From Candidatus Parcubacteria bacterium (GTDB taxonomy: Bacteria; Patescibacteriota; Patescibacteriia; UBA1558; GWA2-36-10), in the NCBI GenBank assembly GCA_018664825.1, contig JABJNO010000024.1, positions 7,204 to 71,203 of the forward strand: a stretch of DNA of 64,000 nt. The letters run 5' to 3'. Shown piece by piece: positions 26,803 through 36,795 of this stretch. The notes beneath the pieces are model-generated. The model was not told the origin of the DNA and searched no databases. It was given only the letters and a program-made list of their open reading frames with translations. The stretch's first letter is position 1. Each line of letters starts with the position of its first letter. The position numbers and the translations under genes are program-made.

Positions 26803-27080
26803 TGCTCACTCGAAAACAAGCCCTCAAAGAAGCTTTTTGGTCTCTGCGGTATCCTATATGTAAATGTTTTTTCTGGGGAATTGGATTTTTCTCTTTGGTG
26901 ATATCCTCTCTCCCATACACCTCTACTCCTCAGTACAGTAGCATACCCTTCAATCTCTTTGATTGGCTTAGACTGTTGTTGGTACCTTGGCTAGGAACAA
27001 CTATCTTTATGGCGCTTCTTGCCATGTCATTGACCTACTCCGAAAAAAGAACAAAAGTACCAAGCAATAGCACTCCGTAA
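26802..27080 (+). CDS. small membrane protein (2 TM)
   Basis: SD ATGGAGGTACCTA-ATG; terminator 27086-27118 follows. Confidence 0.4.
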   Translation: MLTRKQALKEAFWSLRYPICKCFFWGIGFFSLVISSLPYTSTPQYSSIPFNLFDWLRLLLVPWLGTTIFMALLAMSLTYSEKRTKVPSNSTP

Positions 27081-27200
27081 AAACAAAGCCCTATCTAAAA
27101 AGATGGGGCTTTTTATTTATATTGACAAAAATACACTAACATGGTATTTTCCAATGTTTTCAATTGACCTTTCAAACCTTAAAAAATAGGAGGCAAAAAA

Positions 27201-27464
27201 ATGTTTACATTTATAATCATGTCATTGATCGCCTTGATTTTTGGCACATTGGTTGCTTGGGCATTCTTTAATGAAAAAATCATTTTTTATTTACTGTCTG
27301 GCCTACTCCTTTTGGAAGGGTCATTCGCAGTCATCCTTACTATTGGCCCTAAGCCTATTCCACTACTTGCCATGCAAATTCCAAATATAATTGCCGCCCT
27401 TATAATCCTCGGCACCCAGATCATCCGCCAACGTAAACAAAAAAATGAGGCAATTACCTCATAA
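27201..27464 (+). CDS. small membrane protein (3 TM)
   Basis: SD AATAGGAGGCAAAAAA-ATG; terminator 27472-27499 follows. Confidence 0.45.
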   Translation: MFTFIIMSLIALIFGTLVAWAFFNEKIIFYLLSGLLLLEGSFAVILTIGPKPIPLLAMQIPNIIAALIILGTQIIRQRKQKNEAITS

Positions 27465-27499
27465 AAATCGAGCCCCGTCTAAAAAGATGGGGCTTTTTA

Positions 27500-28735
27500 T
27501 TATTCTTTCCTCAAGGCTGTAATAGGATCCAAAGAAGCGGCTTTTCTAGCTGGATAAAGTCCAAAGATGAGACCTACTACAACTGAAAAACCTATGGCCA
27601 ATAATATACCTAACCAAGATATAGACAATGGCCATTCCATACCATAATAATTTGCCCCAAAATATACTCCATAAATAACAATGATTCCTAATATAATTCC
27701 AAAGAACCCTCCTAAAAATGTAATAATAATAGATTCTATTAAAAATTGTTGTAAAATATCTTTGGGACTAGCTCCAACAGCTTTTCTGAGACCTATCTCA
27801 AAAGTACGCTCAGCTACAGTGGCGTACATAATATTCATAATACCTACTCCTCCCACCAAAAGAGACAAGCCGGCCAATACTACCAAGAGGATTGTCATAC
27901 CTCCCAAAACAGTAGCCATCATTTCCATGGCTTCTGTACCTGACATGACCTCAAAGTCATCTTTTTCTGGATCATCTATGTCATGATTTTCACGAAGTAT
28001 CATCCTCATTTGCTCAGCGGTTTCTTCTTCTGCGCCAGAATCTACCATTTGAGAAGTAATGGCTGACAAATAATTGATGCCCATCAACACTGTTTGAGTA
28101 GTTTTGACTGGTATATAAACCAAGTCATCCAAATCAAAAGTAAAGACTGCTCCGCGAGGCTTGGCTACACCAATAACCTTAAAACTAATTTTATTTATTT
28201 TGACATTTTGACTAATAGCATCACTAGATCCAAATAAATCCTCTTTTACCTTGGAGCCCAAAACTATCACCCGAGCTTTACTATTATCTTCATCCTCTGT
28301 ATAAAATCTACCTTGATCAATCTCGGTAGTATCAATATCTATATAATCAGACCCAACACCATAAATCATTACCTTGTTTATCTCCCCTCGCCAAGAAATA
28401 ATATCTTGTGTTATCACCGCTCCATAAGACTTATCAATATTTTCTAGATCCAAAAAATCTTGTCTATCTTTTTCTTTGAGCGTAGATATAACTATGCCTT
28501 GAATCTGAGAAGCTGCACCGCCACTTCCTTTTGGTACCCTGACCTCTGTTTGTATATAATTTGAACCAAAGCCTTCTATTTGTTTAAAAATCAAGGCTTC
28601 CACACTGTTGCCAGCTGAAATAATAATAGTAACTGAAGAAATGCCAACTAAAACACCCAACACAGTCAAAAATGTGCGTATTTTGCTTCTTGCCAAAGCT
28701 CTTATTGCTATGTTGAATATATTATTTAATTTCAT
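27500..28735 (-). CDS. ABC transporter permease, FtsX/MacB family
   Basis: N-terminal TM, large extracytoplasmic domain, C-terminal four-helix FtsX bundle. Confidence 0.85.
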   Translation of the reverse strand: MKLNNIFNIAIRALARSKIRTFLTVLGVLVGISSVTIIISAGNSVEALIFKQIEGFGSNYIQTEVRVPKGSGGAASQIQGIVISTLKEKDRQDFLDLENIDKSYGAVITQDIISWRGEINKVMIYGVGSDYIDIDTTEIDQGRFYTEDEDNSKARVIVLGSKVKEDLFGSSDAISQNVKINKISFKVIGVAKPRGAVFTFDLDDLVYIPVKTTQTVLMGINYLSAITSQMVDSGAEEETAEQMRMILRENHDIDDPEKDDFEVMSGTEAMEMMATVLGGMTILLVVLAGLSLLVGGVGIMNIMYATVAERTFEIGLRKAVGASPKDILQQFLIESIIITFLGGFFGIILGIIVIYGVYFGANYYGMEWPLSISWLGILLAIGFSVVVGLIFGLYPARKAASLDPITALRKE

Positions 28736-28738
28736 AAA

Positions 28739-29980
28739 TTATTCATAACGAAGTGCTTCTATTGGATTGAGTTTGGCGGCTTTTCTGGCTGGATACCACC
28801 CAAAACTAAGCCCTACTACAATAGTAAATACCACTGCAATTATTATAGAAGTGGCCGAAATCACAAAATCCCAATTATAACCCAAAGAGTTAACTATCAA
28901 GCTAATAATAAAAGCCACAAGTACTCCCAATATTATACCTATCAAACCTCCCATAGAAGTCAACATTATAGTTTGAATTAAAAAATGATTAGAAATATTT
29001 GAACTAGTAGCTCCAACTGCTTTCCTAAGTCCAATCTCCCTGGTACTTTCTGTGACCGAAACAAGCATGATATTCATAATACCAATTCCCCCCACCAAAA
29101 GTGATATAGCAGCTACCATAGCCAAAAAATAATTGAGAGCTCCTGTAATACTCTCCAACATTTCCAAAGATTCTTCTGAGGACTGAACTGTGAAATCGTC
29201 TTCGGATGGATCATCTATGTCGTGCTGCTCTCTCAGTGTACTTTTGATTTTTTCTTGTACAAATTCTACATCCGCTCCTTTGATTACCTTGGCTCTCATC
29301 ATACTAATATAATTGATGCCCAACATCAATTTTTGAGCAGTGGTAATAGAAATAAAAATTTGATCATCTTGATCCTGAAAAGAAGCTGACCCTCTTTCTT
29401 TCATCAAGCCTATCACTCTAAAAGATTCTTTATTTATTTTTATTCGTTCATCTATGGGATCCATAGGGCCAAACAATTCTTCGGCTACAGAAGATCCTAA
29501 AACAGCCACCTTGGTAATAGAGTCTGCTTCTTCTTTGCCTATAAATCTACCAAGCTCTACATCAGCACCTGACTCTACATCCATATAATTTGCAGTAACG
29601 CCGGCAAAGCTTGTGTCTGCAACTTTATTTTGCCAAGTAACTGTAGCTGATCCACGAACATAAGCTGTGACACCTATTATCTCTTCAACATCTTTTTCTA
29701 CGGCCTTGGCATCATCCAAAGTAAGGGTAGTAATATTGATACCCATTATGGCGGCTGGTGGTCCATCATCATCACTGGCCCCTGGTAATACTCCTATAAG
29801 ATCACTGCCTACTCCTTGAATTTCGTTGGCAATCAAAGAGTGAGCGCCCGAACCAACGGACATAATGATAATCACAGCTGAAATACCAATGATTATTCCC
29901 AGAGATGTCAAAAAAGAGCGCATTTTATTACGCTTCAATGCTTTGATGACAGATATGTAATTACGAAAATCAAAACGCAT
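28739..29980 (-). CDS. ABC transporter permease, FtsX/MacB family (paralogue)
   Basis: Same architecture as 27500-28735. Confidence 0.85.
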   Translation of the reverse strand: MRFDFRNYISVIKALKRNKMRSFLTSLGIIIGISAVIIIMSVGSGAHSLIANEIQGVGSDLIGVLPGASDDDGPPAAIMGINITTLTLDDAKAVEKDVEEIIGVTAYVRGSATVTWQNKVADTSFAGVTANYMDVESGADVELGRFIGKEEADSITKVAVLGSSVAEELFGPMDPIDERIKINKESFRVIGLMKERGSASFQDQDDQIFISITTAQKLMLGINYISMMRAKVIKGADVEFVQEKIKSTLREQHDIDDPSEDDFTVQSSEESLEMLESITGALNYFLAMVAAISLLVGGIGIMNIMLVSVTESTREIGLRKAVGATSSNISNHFLIQTIMLTSMGGLIGIILGVLVAFIISLIVNSLGYNWDFVISATSIIIAVVFTIVVGLSFGWYPARKAAKLNPIEALRYE

Positions 29981-29983
29981 AAT

Positions 29984-30694
29984 TTATTTTAAATGGCCAT
30001 TTAATGCTTTGCCATCTATCACATCTTTATTATCTTTATCGCTAACAATTTTGCCATCTCTTATTTCTACTATCCGCTTGGCGTAGCGAGCAGTAGTTGT
30101 CTCATGAGTCACCAAAATAATAGTTTTGCCCATTTTACTCAAACCCTGCAAAATCTCCATAATCTGAATACCGGATTTTGAATCAAGGTTTCCAGTGGGC
30201 TCATCAGCAAAAATCAAATCTGGCTTGTTGACTAGAGCGCGAGCTATGGCTACTCTTTGTTTTTCACCACCAGAAAGCTGATTGGATAGATGGTCTCTAC
30301 GGTGCTCAAGACCAACACTTTTGATAGCGTCATCCACAGCATCAAGATTTTGTTTTCCTTTGACATACAGCAAAGGTAACCGAACATTGTCCCAGACCGA
30401 AGTCTTGGGAAGCAGATTGAAACTTTGAAATACAAAGCCCACTTTTTTGTTTCTATATTCAGCTAGCGTATCATCATCCAAACTACTCACGTCTTTGTTG
30501 TCAAAAAGATATTTACCTGCAGTCAAAGTATCCAAAAAACCCAAGATATGCATCAAGGTAGATTTTCCTGAGCCAGAAGGCCCCATAATAGCTATAGATT
30601 CTCCCTTGTCTATTTTCAAATCAACACCATGTAAAACCTTGGTGACAACTTCATCGTTGACAAATTCTTTGTGTAAATCTTTTATTTCTATCAT
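29984..30694 (-). CDS. ABC transporter ATP-binding protein (MacB/LolD-type)
   Basis: Walker [10 protein letters not shown], signature [15 protein letters not shown], Walker [13 protein letters not shown]. Confidence 0.9.
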   Translation of the reverse strand: MIEIKDLHKEFVNDEVVTKVLHGVDLKIDKGESIAIMGPSGSGKSTLMHILGFLDTLTAGKYLFDNKDVSSLDDDTLAEYRNKKVGFVFQSFNLLPKTSVWDNVRLPLLYVKGKQNLDAVDDAIKSVGLEHRRDHLSNQLSGGEKQRVAIARALVNKPDLIFADEPTGNLDSKSGIQIMEILQGLSKMGKTIILVTHETTTARYAKRIVEIRDGKIVSDKDNKDVIDGKALNGHLK

Positions 30695-30696
30695 GT

Positions 30697-32355
30697 TTAT
30701 TTACTATCTTTTATAAAAGTAATCACATCCGCACCTTCTTCGATGCCAGAAACAACTTCCGTCACACCACCGTCACCTTTGAGTCCGGTGGTCACTTCTT
30801 TTTCTGTTAGTAGCCCATTTTCCAAAATTTGAATATATTTGCCATCTTCACGATAAACCACTGCTCGAGAAGGAACAGCTAAAACTCCTTCTCTACTTTC
30901 GGTAGAAATAGTAATATCAGCAGTCATACCAGATTTTATACGATTATCTTTTTCGTTGAATATTATTTTGACCTGATAATAAATAACTCCATCAATATTG
31001 GTCGCAGCTGGATCTACAAAAGTAACTGTACCAACAAATTTGTCTTCACTAGAAAATGCATCCAAGGTTATTTCTACTTCATCGTTGAGCTCTACTTTGG
31101 TAATGTCTGACTCTGGTACATCTACCTCTATCTGCATTGTGCTCAAACCAATCATTGAAACAACCGGGGTAGCCATAGAACTTTGCTCACCAACATCAAA
31201 ATTTATTTCTGTCACAATACCGTCAACAGGAGCCTTGATAACTGTGTCGCTCCAATTACTCAAATATCTATTGAGTGTAGCTTGGGCTCTGCGTACGTTG
31301 GCTTCGGCTGCTGCAATCTCAAAATCTCTTGGCGGAGCTCCTTTTAGTCCCAATCTTGCTTCCGCTAGATTCAAACTAGCCAAGGCTGACTCTACATTGT
31401 TTTGAGCATCAATAATAGATGTTTCATAATATAATTTTCTAGTATTGATGTCAGAGGCTGAATTCTGGACACTTGTAATTGCGGTATTTACTACAGTACT
31501 TTGAGCATTTACACCTGACTTGTAAGCATCAATCACGGTGTCTGTATAAACAGAGTTTTCTATTGCTGTCCGCAATGCTGTAAGTGTGTAATTGAGTGAA
31601 TCAGCCACCTCTTCTAAAATATTTTCTAGACTAGCCAAGGCAATTATTATATCGCTATCTAGATTGGTCTCATTTGCTTGAGTAATCAAATTCCCAAGTC
31701 CCTGATAAGCAAGTGTGGCATCAGAGTGAAGGGCTTTGGCCTGAGTAAGTGAAGTTGTATCTCCAACATACAAATACTGATCAGCGTCACCATCCATAAT
31801 AGAATCATAAATTATGTCCAAAGAATATTGTATTACAAAATATTTATCTTTTATAATATTAAGAGCTACTTCTCGTAAACTTTCCAGTTCATTATCTCTG
31901 GTATTTTCCAAGTTTTCCAAAATATCAATCTTGGCTTGATGAGTAGTTCTGGCGCTAGCCACTTCTTCTTCGGTCACTTGTAGATCCAAGGTGCTGGCTC
32001 CAGCCATCAGTTGGTCCAAATTACTCCTAGCTACATCCAGGGCTGCTCGAGCATCCTCTACCTGAGAAGCAACACTTCCGGATGAAAGTCTGGCCAATAT
32101 CTGCCCCACCTCTACCTCGTCACCGACACCCACCAAAACAGCTGCCAATCTACCCGAGGTACTAAAATTGAGATCAATATCATCTGCTGATTCTACTGAG
32201 CCAGTCACTTCTACTGTCTGTACCAAATCCTGTATTGTTGCTTTTTCTGTAACATAATTTACATCTTCTTTGGAAGACACAGAAGCAAAAACAATGATAA
32301 TAACCACTAAAATAACAGCTATTATCCAAAACCATTTTTTCTTAAATAAGTTCAT
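30697..32355 (-). CDS. HlyD-family periplasmic adaptor / membrane-fusion protein
   Basis: N-terminal TM, long coiled-coil, C-terminal beta-barrel lipoyl/MFP domains. Confidence 0.75.
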   Translation of the reverse strand: MNLFKKKWFWIIAVILVVIIIVFASVSSKEDVNYVTEKATIQDLVQTVEVTGSVESADDIDLNFSTSGRLAAVLVGVGDEVEVGQILARLSSGSVASQVEDARAALDVARSNLDQLMAGASTLDLQVTEEEVASARTTHQAKIDILENLENTRDNELESLREVALNIIKDKYFVIQYSLDIIYDSIMDGDADQYLYVGDTTSLTQAKALHSDATLAYQGLGNLITQANETNLDSDIIIALASLENILEEVADSLNYTLTALRTAIENSVYTDTVIDAYKSGVNAQSTVVNTAITSVQNSASDINTRKLYYETSIIDAQNNVESALASLNLAEARLGLKGAPPRDFEIAAAEANVRRAQATLNRYLSNWSDTVIKAPVDGIVTEINFDVGEQSSMATPVVSMIGLSTMQIEVDVPESDITKVELNDEVEITLDAFSSEDKFVGTVTFVDPAATNIDGVIYYQVKIIFNEKDNRIKSGMTADITISTESREGVLAVPSRAVVYREDGKYIQILENGLLTEKEVTTGLKGDGGVTEVVSGIEEGADVITFIKDSK

Positions 32356-32405
32356 ATTTTTATCTTAATTACACCTGTTATTATACCCTGAACCAAAAAA
32401 TTTGT

Positions 32406-32440
32406 AAAAACAAAAACCCCACTAAAAATAAATTAGTGGA
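32406..32440 (-). terminator. intrinsic terminator after the major-pilin genes
   Basis: Minus-strand CCACTAA-TTTATTT-TTAGTGG followed by GGTTTTTGTTTTT. Confidence 0.6.
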
Positions 32441-32459
32441 GTTTTAAATTTAGAAAATA

Positions 32460-32948
32460 TTATCTAATGACCTTGATTGCTGCAGTTTGATATTTATCAC
32501 AAGATCCTATGGTCACAACTCCGTTTGCATCTTTGAGAAAATAATAACCTGTGCTAGTACCTACGACTGAACTAGATTTTGGATCAAATGGAACAGAGCC
32601 TATATAGCCATTGGTTACTAACGGGTCTAGCCAAATTATAGCATTGGTAGTAGTGGCCCCACAAGCATAATCTGCGTCTGTACCAGCATAATTGGCAATC
32701 ATACAAGTTGTATTGGCTGTAATACAATCTGCAGATGTAGTCACAAATGTACCGCTATTGTCAGAGGCATAAGTAGACCAGGCATCAGCAATACTAGTAA
32801 TATCAGACCAACGTTGAGCATCATTTGCTTCTCCGAGACGTTTGGCTGGATTGATAGCTACAAAAGTAGCAGCTGCGAGTAACGCAATAATAGCTACTAC
32901 TATTATCAGCTCTACCAAAGTAAAGCCCTTGTTTTTTATCTTCTTCAT
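32460..32948 (-). CDS. type IV major pilin-like protein (tandem paralogue 3 of 3)
   Basis: KGFTLVELIIVVAIIALLAAATFVAINPAKRLGEANDAQRWSD prepilin N-terminus; conserved C-term GSCDKYQT. Confidence 0.8.
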   Translation of the reverse strand: MKKIKNKGFTLVELIIVVAIIALLAAATFVAINPAKRLGEANDAQRWSDITSIADAWSTYASDNSGTFVTTSADCITANTTCMIANYAGTDADYACGATTTNAIIWLDPLVTNGYIGSVPFDPKSSSVVGTSTGYYFLKDANGVVTIGSCDKYQTAAIKVIR

Positions 32949-32975
32949 ACTAATCTTTTTTTAAAATTTAATATA

Positions 32976-33470
32976 TTATCTAGTAATTTCGATAGTATTG
33001 GTTTGGTATTTAGCACAAGAGCCTACAACAACAGCTCCGTTGGCATCTTTATGAAAAAAATACCCAGTAGTAGTACCTGTACCCCCGCTTGATTGTGGAT
33101 CATAGGGAATATCACCAATATAACTACCCGCCACCAAAGGATCTAACCAAATTGTACCATTGGTAGTACTAGCACAAGCAGTATTAGCACTAGTAGTACT
33201 AGTTGCTCCATCAAGCGTAGAAATCATACAATTGATATTACCACTTATGCAGGGCGAACTAGTTGCATTTGAACCACCATTGTCAGCCACATAAGCAGCC
33301 CAAGCATCAGCAATAGCAGAAATATCAGACCAACGTTGAGCGTCATTTGCTTGTCCAATACGCTTGGCTGGATTAGTAGCTACAAAAGTAGCGGCTGCTA
33401 GTAATGCAATAATAGCTACTACTATAATCAGCTCCACCAAAGTAAAGCCCTTATTTTGTTTTTTCTTCAT
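32976..33470 (-). CDS. type IV major pilin-like protein (tandem paralogue 2 of 3)
   Basis: As above; variable central Cys-containing segment. Confidence 0.8.
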   Translation of the reverse strand: MKKKQNKGFTLVELIIVVAIIALLAAATFVATNPAKRIGQANDAQRWSDISAIADAWAAYVADNGGSNATSSPCISGNINCMISTLDGATSTTSANTACASTTNGTIWLDPLVAGSYIGDIPYDPQSSGGTGTTTGYFFHKDANGAVVVGSCAKYQTNTIEITR

Positions 33471-33495
33471 CCTAATTTATTTTAAATTAAATGTT

Positions 33496-33996
33496 TTATC
33501 GGACAACTTGAATATTAGCAGTTTGATATTTATCACAAGAGCCTACAGCGACAACCCCGTTGGCATCTTTATGAAAGTAATACCCGGTAGTAGTACCTGT
33601 ACCACCACTTGATTTTGGATCAAAAGGAATACTACCAATATAACCTCCGTCAACCAAAGGATCTAACCAGATTGTACCATTTGTAGTACTAGCACAAGCA
33701 GCATCTGCATTAGCAGTACTACTAGCGGTTCCAGTATAAGTACCTATCATGCAATTTATATTTCCAGTAATACAACCCACAGACGTAGTTGCATCTGTGC
33801 CACTGTTTTCAGCCAAATAAGTAACCCAAGCATCAGCAATAGCAGTAACATCAGACCAACGTTGAGCGTCATTTGCTTCTCCAAGACGCTTGGCTGGATT
33901 GATAGCTACAAAAGTAGCGGCTGCAAGTAACGCAATAATAGCTACTACTATTATCAGCTCTACCAAAGTAAAACCCTTATTTTGTATTTTGTTCAT
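33496..33996 (-). CDS. type IV major pilin-like protein (tandem paralogue 1 of 3)
   Basis: As above. Confidence 0.8.
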   Translation of the reverse strand: MNKIQNKGFTLVELIIVVAIIALLAAATFVAINPAKRLGEANDAQRWSDVTAIADAWVTYLAENSGTDATTSVGCITGNINCMIGTYTGTASSTANADAACASTTNGTIWLDPLVDGGYIGSIPFDPKSSGGTGTTTGYYFHKDANGVVAVGSCDKYQTANIQVVR

Positions 33997-34102
33997 AGTA
34001 ATTTTAGTTTAAATTAAAATATATTATATATAATAGCAATTTTTCGAAATTTTGCCAATCAAAGCTTTTTATATTATAGCACAAAATCTAAAAAAATAAT
34101 AT

Positions 34103-35896
34103 TTAGAGGCGTTTTAAATCCATATTAACCATAATATTATAAGTTTTATTATCTACATCATATTTTATTACTTCATATCCTTTTGTTAGCTCCCAATCTG
34201 ACAATGGGCCTATATTTTGAGCAGAAATAACCCCTGACAAGTACTCATCTACCTCCTGCTCATTTATTTTGAAAAAAGTAAACTCTGCATCTATAGTAAG
34301 AGGGTCGCCCAAGTTGTATTCATCTTCTGAGGGGGATATTTTTTTTATATCAGCCAAAACAGCTTTGGGTAAAATATAAAATCCCTCCTCTTGTGTAGAC
34401 TCTAGATCAAGGCTACCAAGGGTCCTGGTATCCAACAGGTCATAAATATCTTTTGTGATTTCCTGATATCCATATTCTACACCCCTACTTGTTATCACAT
34501 CACTCACCTTGTGCTCTTTTGCAGAAATAAAATTATCGACACCAGTCTCATTTGTCGTGGCTACAAAAATTTCTTTATCAAAAGAATAATTATCCAAAAC
34601 AACAACAATATCTTCCTGATCATCGATAACTGCATCTTTTTGACCAAGACCGGGTATAAAGCTCGAAATCTTATCTCGGAACATAAAACCAGCCCCTGCC
34701 AATAATAATATAGCTAAAATAATAATATACAAAGGTTTTATTTTGAGCTTCTTTTTTTCTTCTTCAACTATCTCCTCGCCATCTTCATTGACTGTTTTGA
34801 CTGGGACAATTGGCTCTTTAGAAACTTCTTCTTTTTTTTCTCTAGAAAATTTTTGATAAAAGTTGATGACTGATTTAGAGTACCCAAGTTTGGCCAATCC
34901 CAAAGCATTTACAAACTTGGTATTGGCTACTGGCTTTGGTAAAAAACTAGCATCAATAAAAGAATAGCCTACTATAGCCGGGATACTAAGATTGTCTCCA
35001 AAATATTTATCTATACCTTTCATCTGAGCCAAACCACCAATCAAGACTATTTGTTCTATTTTTTTATTGTAAGTAGTCTGAAAATAATTTATAAAATTTT
35101 TCAGCTCATCTGCCAGTGGCTGAAGCTGTCCTTGAATAATCAACATTATTTCCCCATCATTGGCACTAGCATCCAATCCTACACTTTGTTTTCTTTCATT
35201 GGCTACTGAACGAGGAATATCCATCTTTTGAGCCAAGGCATCATCAATGTCGTTCCCGGCAATATTTATATTTATAGAATCACGAATACCAGAATGATCA
35301 AAAACAGAAGCAATGGTTGTCCTTGATCCTATATCCAATAAAAGAGTCACTTTTTTCTCAAGAGAATCTGATAATCCCGCAAAAGAGCTAATCGCTTCAC
35401 TGGTAATGCCCTCTATCTCAAAATTCATAGAATCAAATACATCCACAAAACTGGCAATCACATCTTTTTCAGCAGCTGTAAAAAATATTTCTTTATTCTC
35501 TCCTTTGTCTCCTAGTATTCTCATGTCAGTAACTAGATTATCAAAAGCCTCTGGAATCATTTCTTCTGCTCGCCTTTTGGCAACCTCTTTGATATCTTTG
35601 TCTTTTACGCTTTTTGGTATCGTCAAAATCTTGGAAAATACTTTTGACTCAGGAATTGACAAAAATACCTTATAGTCCTCTGCTTTACTAATAGGCTTTG
35701 GTTGGGCACTAGAAAAAAGTTGCTTCAAAGCAACCTTGAATTTTTCTTTATCCAAAATTCTACCATCCTCTACAATATCTGGCACCAAATTTACACGAGA
35801 ATAGGCCTCTACTTTGTATCCTTTTCTTTCTTTATCCAAAACAACAGCTTCGATAGAAAAATCTGCAATATCTATTCCTATTATGTTTTTTGCCAT
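34103..35896 (-). CDS. pilM: type IV pilus assembly protein PilM fused to a TM helix and PilN/PilO-like extracytoplasmic domain
   Basis: IIGIDIADFSIEAVVL actin-like ATPase fold (~380 aa), then TM LYIIILAILLLAGAGFMF and ~200-aa C-terminal domain. Confidence 0.7.
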   Translation of the reverse strand: MAKNIIGIDIADFSIEAVVLDKERKGYKVEAYSRVNLVPDIVEDGRILDKEKFKVALKQLFSSAQPKPISKAEDYKVFLSIPESKVFSKILTIPKSVKDKDIKEVAKRRAEEMIPEAFDNLVTDMRILGDKGENKEIFFTAAEKDVIASFVDVFDSMNFEIEGITSEAISSFAGLSDSLEKKVTLLLDIGSRTTIASVFDHSGIRDSININIAGNDIDDALAQKMDIPRSVANERKQSVGLDASANDGEIMLIIQGQLQPLADELKNFINYFQTTYNKKIEQIVLIGGLAQMKGIDKYFGDNLSIPAIVGYSFIDASFLPKPVANTKFVNALGLAKLGYSKSVINFYQKFSREKKEEVSKEPIVPVKTVNEDGEEIVEEEKKKLKIKPLYIIILAILLLAGAGFMFRDKISSFIPGLGQKDAVIDDQEDIVVVLDNYSFDKEIFVATTNETGVDNFISAKEHKVSDVITSRGVEYGYQEITKDIYDLLDTRTLGSLDLESTQEEGFYILPKAVLADIKKISPSEDEYNLGDPLTIDAEFTFFKINEQEVDEYLSGVISAQNIGPLSDWELTKGYEVIKYDVDNKTYNIMVNMDLKRL

Positions 35897-35919
35897 AATT
35901 TATATTTTAAAATTTTTAT

Positions 35920-36789
35920 TTAAAGACAATACTTGGTACAAGCTGAACAATCTGTATTACAATAAGTAGAACATTCTGCCGTTGGAGACGTACGAGCTAT
36001 GCCTACTCCCCCACAAGAACCACCTGTATAATCACAACCTTCACCACCAACATAAGTAGCTGAACAGGTATTGTTGCAATAAGGGCCACCGGCTTGTCTA
36101 GTGCCATCTCCGCAAGATTCATTTACACCATTACCATCATCACAAGTCTCGTCTGCTACGATCGCCGTACAATCAGCATTGCAGGCATCTGTATCTGGAG
36201 TACCATCTCCACAATATTCAGTAACCTCATTGCCATCATCGCAAACTTCTGAGCCAGTAGTTGCTCCATCTCCACACACCTGACAAACCCCACAATCAGC
36301 ACTACAGTCACCACAAGCCTCAATACCATTGCAGGTGCCGTCGCCACACCAAATATAAGATTTGTAAGACGTCTTGGACTCATTGAAAGAATCAATACTT
36401 ATGGGTGAACTAGATACATTTATTTTGACGACTGCTGTTTTGGTCCAACTACCTAGATCTGATGTACTAGTTGCTGTCGAAGTGACCGTTTTGAATCCAG
36501 CAACAATATTGGTACTAATAGTAGAACTACAAGCAACATCACTAGTCAATAAATTAAAACTACCAGAAATAGCTGTACTAGATGCAATCCTCACCAACGC
36601 ATCATCAATGCAAGTACTTATATCTATCGCTGCCTCCTGGCCTTCACTGATATGATAGTTTGCTAGCTTGTCATTGGTGTTGAGCATAGCAACAATAATA
36701 CTAGACAATACTGTCAGAGTAGTGATCATAATCACCAAAATCAAAGCTATGGCTCCTTTATTTTTTTCTTTTTTAATTTTATTCTTCAT
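35920..36789 (-). CDS. membrane-anchored protein with Myxococcus-type cysteine-rich repeats (CGDGxxxxxExCDDGN)
   Basis: VCGDGATTGSEVCDDGNEV, YCGDGTPDTDACNADC, ETCDDGNGVNESCGDGT; N-terminal hydrophobic anchor without the canonical prepilin Glu. Confidence 0.6.
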   Translation of the reverse strand: MKNKIKKEKNKGAIALILVIMITTLTVLSSIIVAMLNTNDKLANYHISEGQEAAIDISTCIDDALVRIASSTAISGSFNLLTSDVACSSTISTNIVAGFKTVTSTATSTSDLGSWTKTAVVKINVSSSPISIDSFNESKTSYKSYIWCGDGTCNGIEACGDCSADCGVCQVCGDGATTGSEVCDDGNEVTEYCGDGTPDTDACNADCTAIVADETCDDGNGVNESCGDGTRQAGGPYCNNTCSATYVGGEGCDYTGGSCGGVGIARTSPTAECSTYCNTDCSACTKYCL

Positions 36790-36795
36790 ATATTT

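Noticed and set aside
32460-33996. Regular tandem repetition suggestive of a CRISPR array
   Set aside because: The repeats are ~500-bp coding units (pilin paralogues) and not 25-40 bp repeat-spacer units. No cas genes are present and no CRISPR array was seen anywhere in the window.
33997-34102. Promoter for the major-pilin genes (TATAAT-like hexamers on the minus strand)
   Set aside because: The AT-rich spacer gives several equally plausible -10/-35 pairs; none could be singled out with proper spacing.
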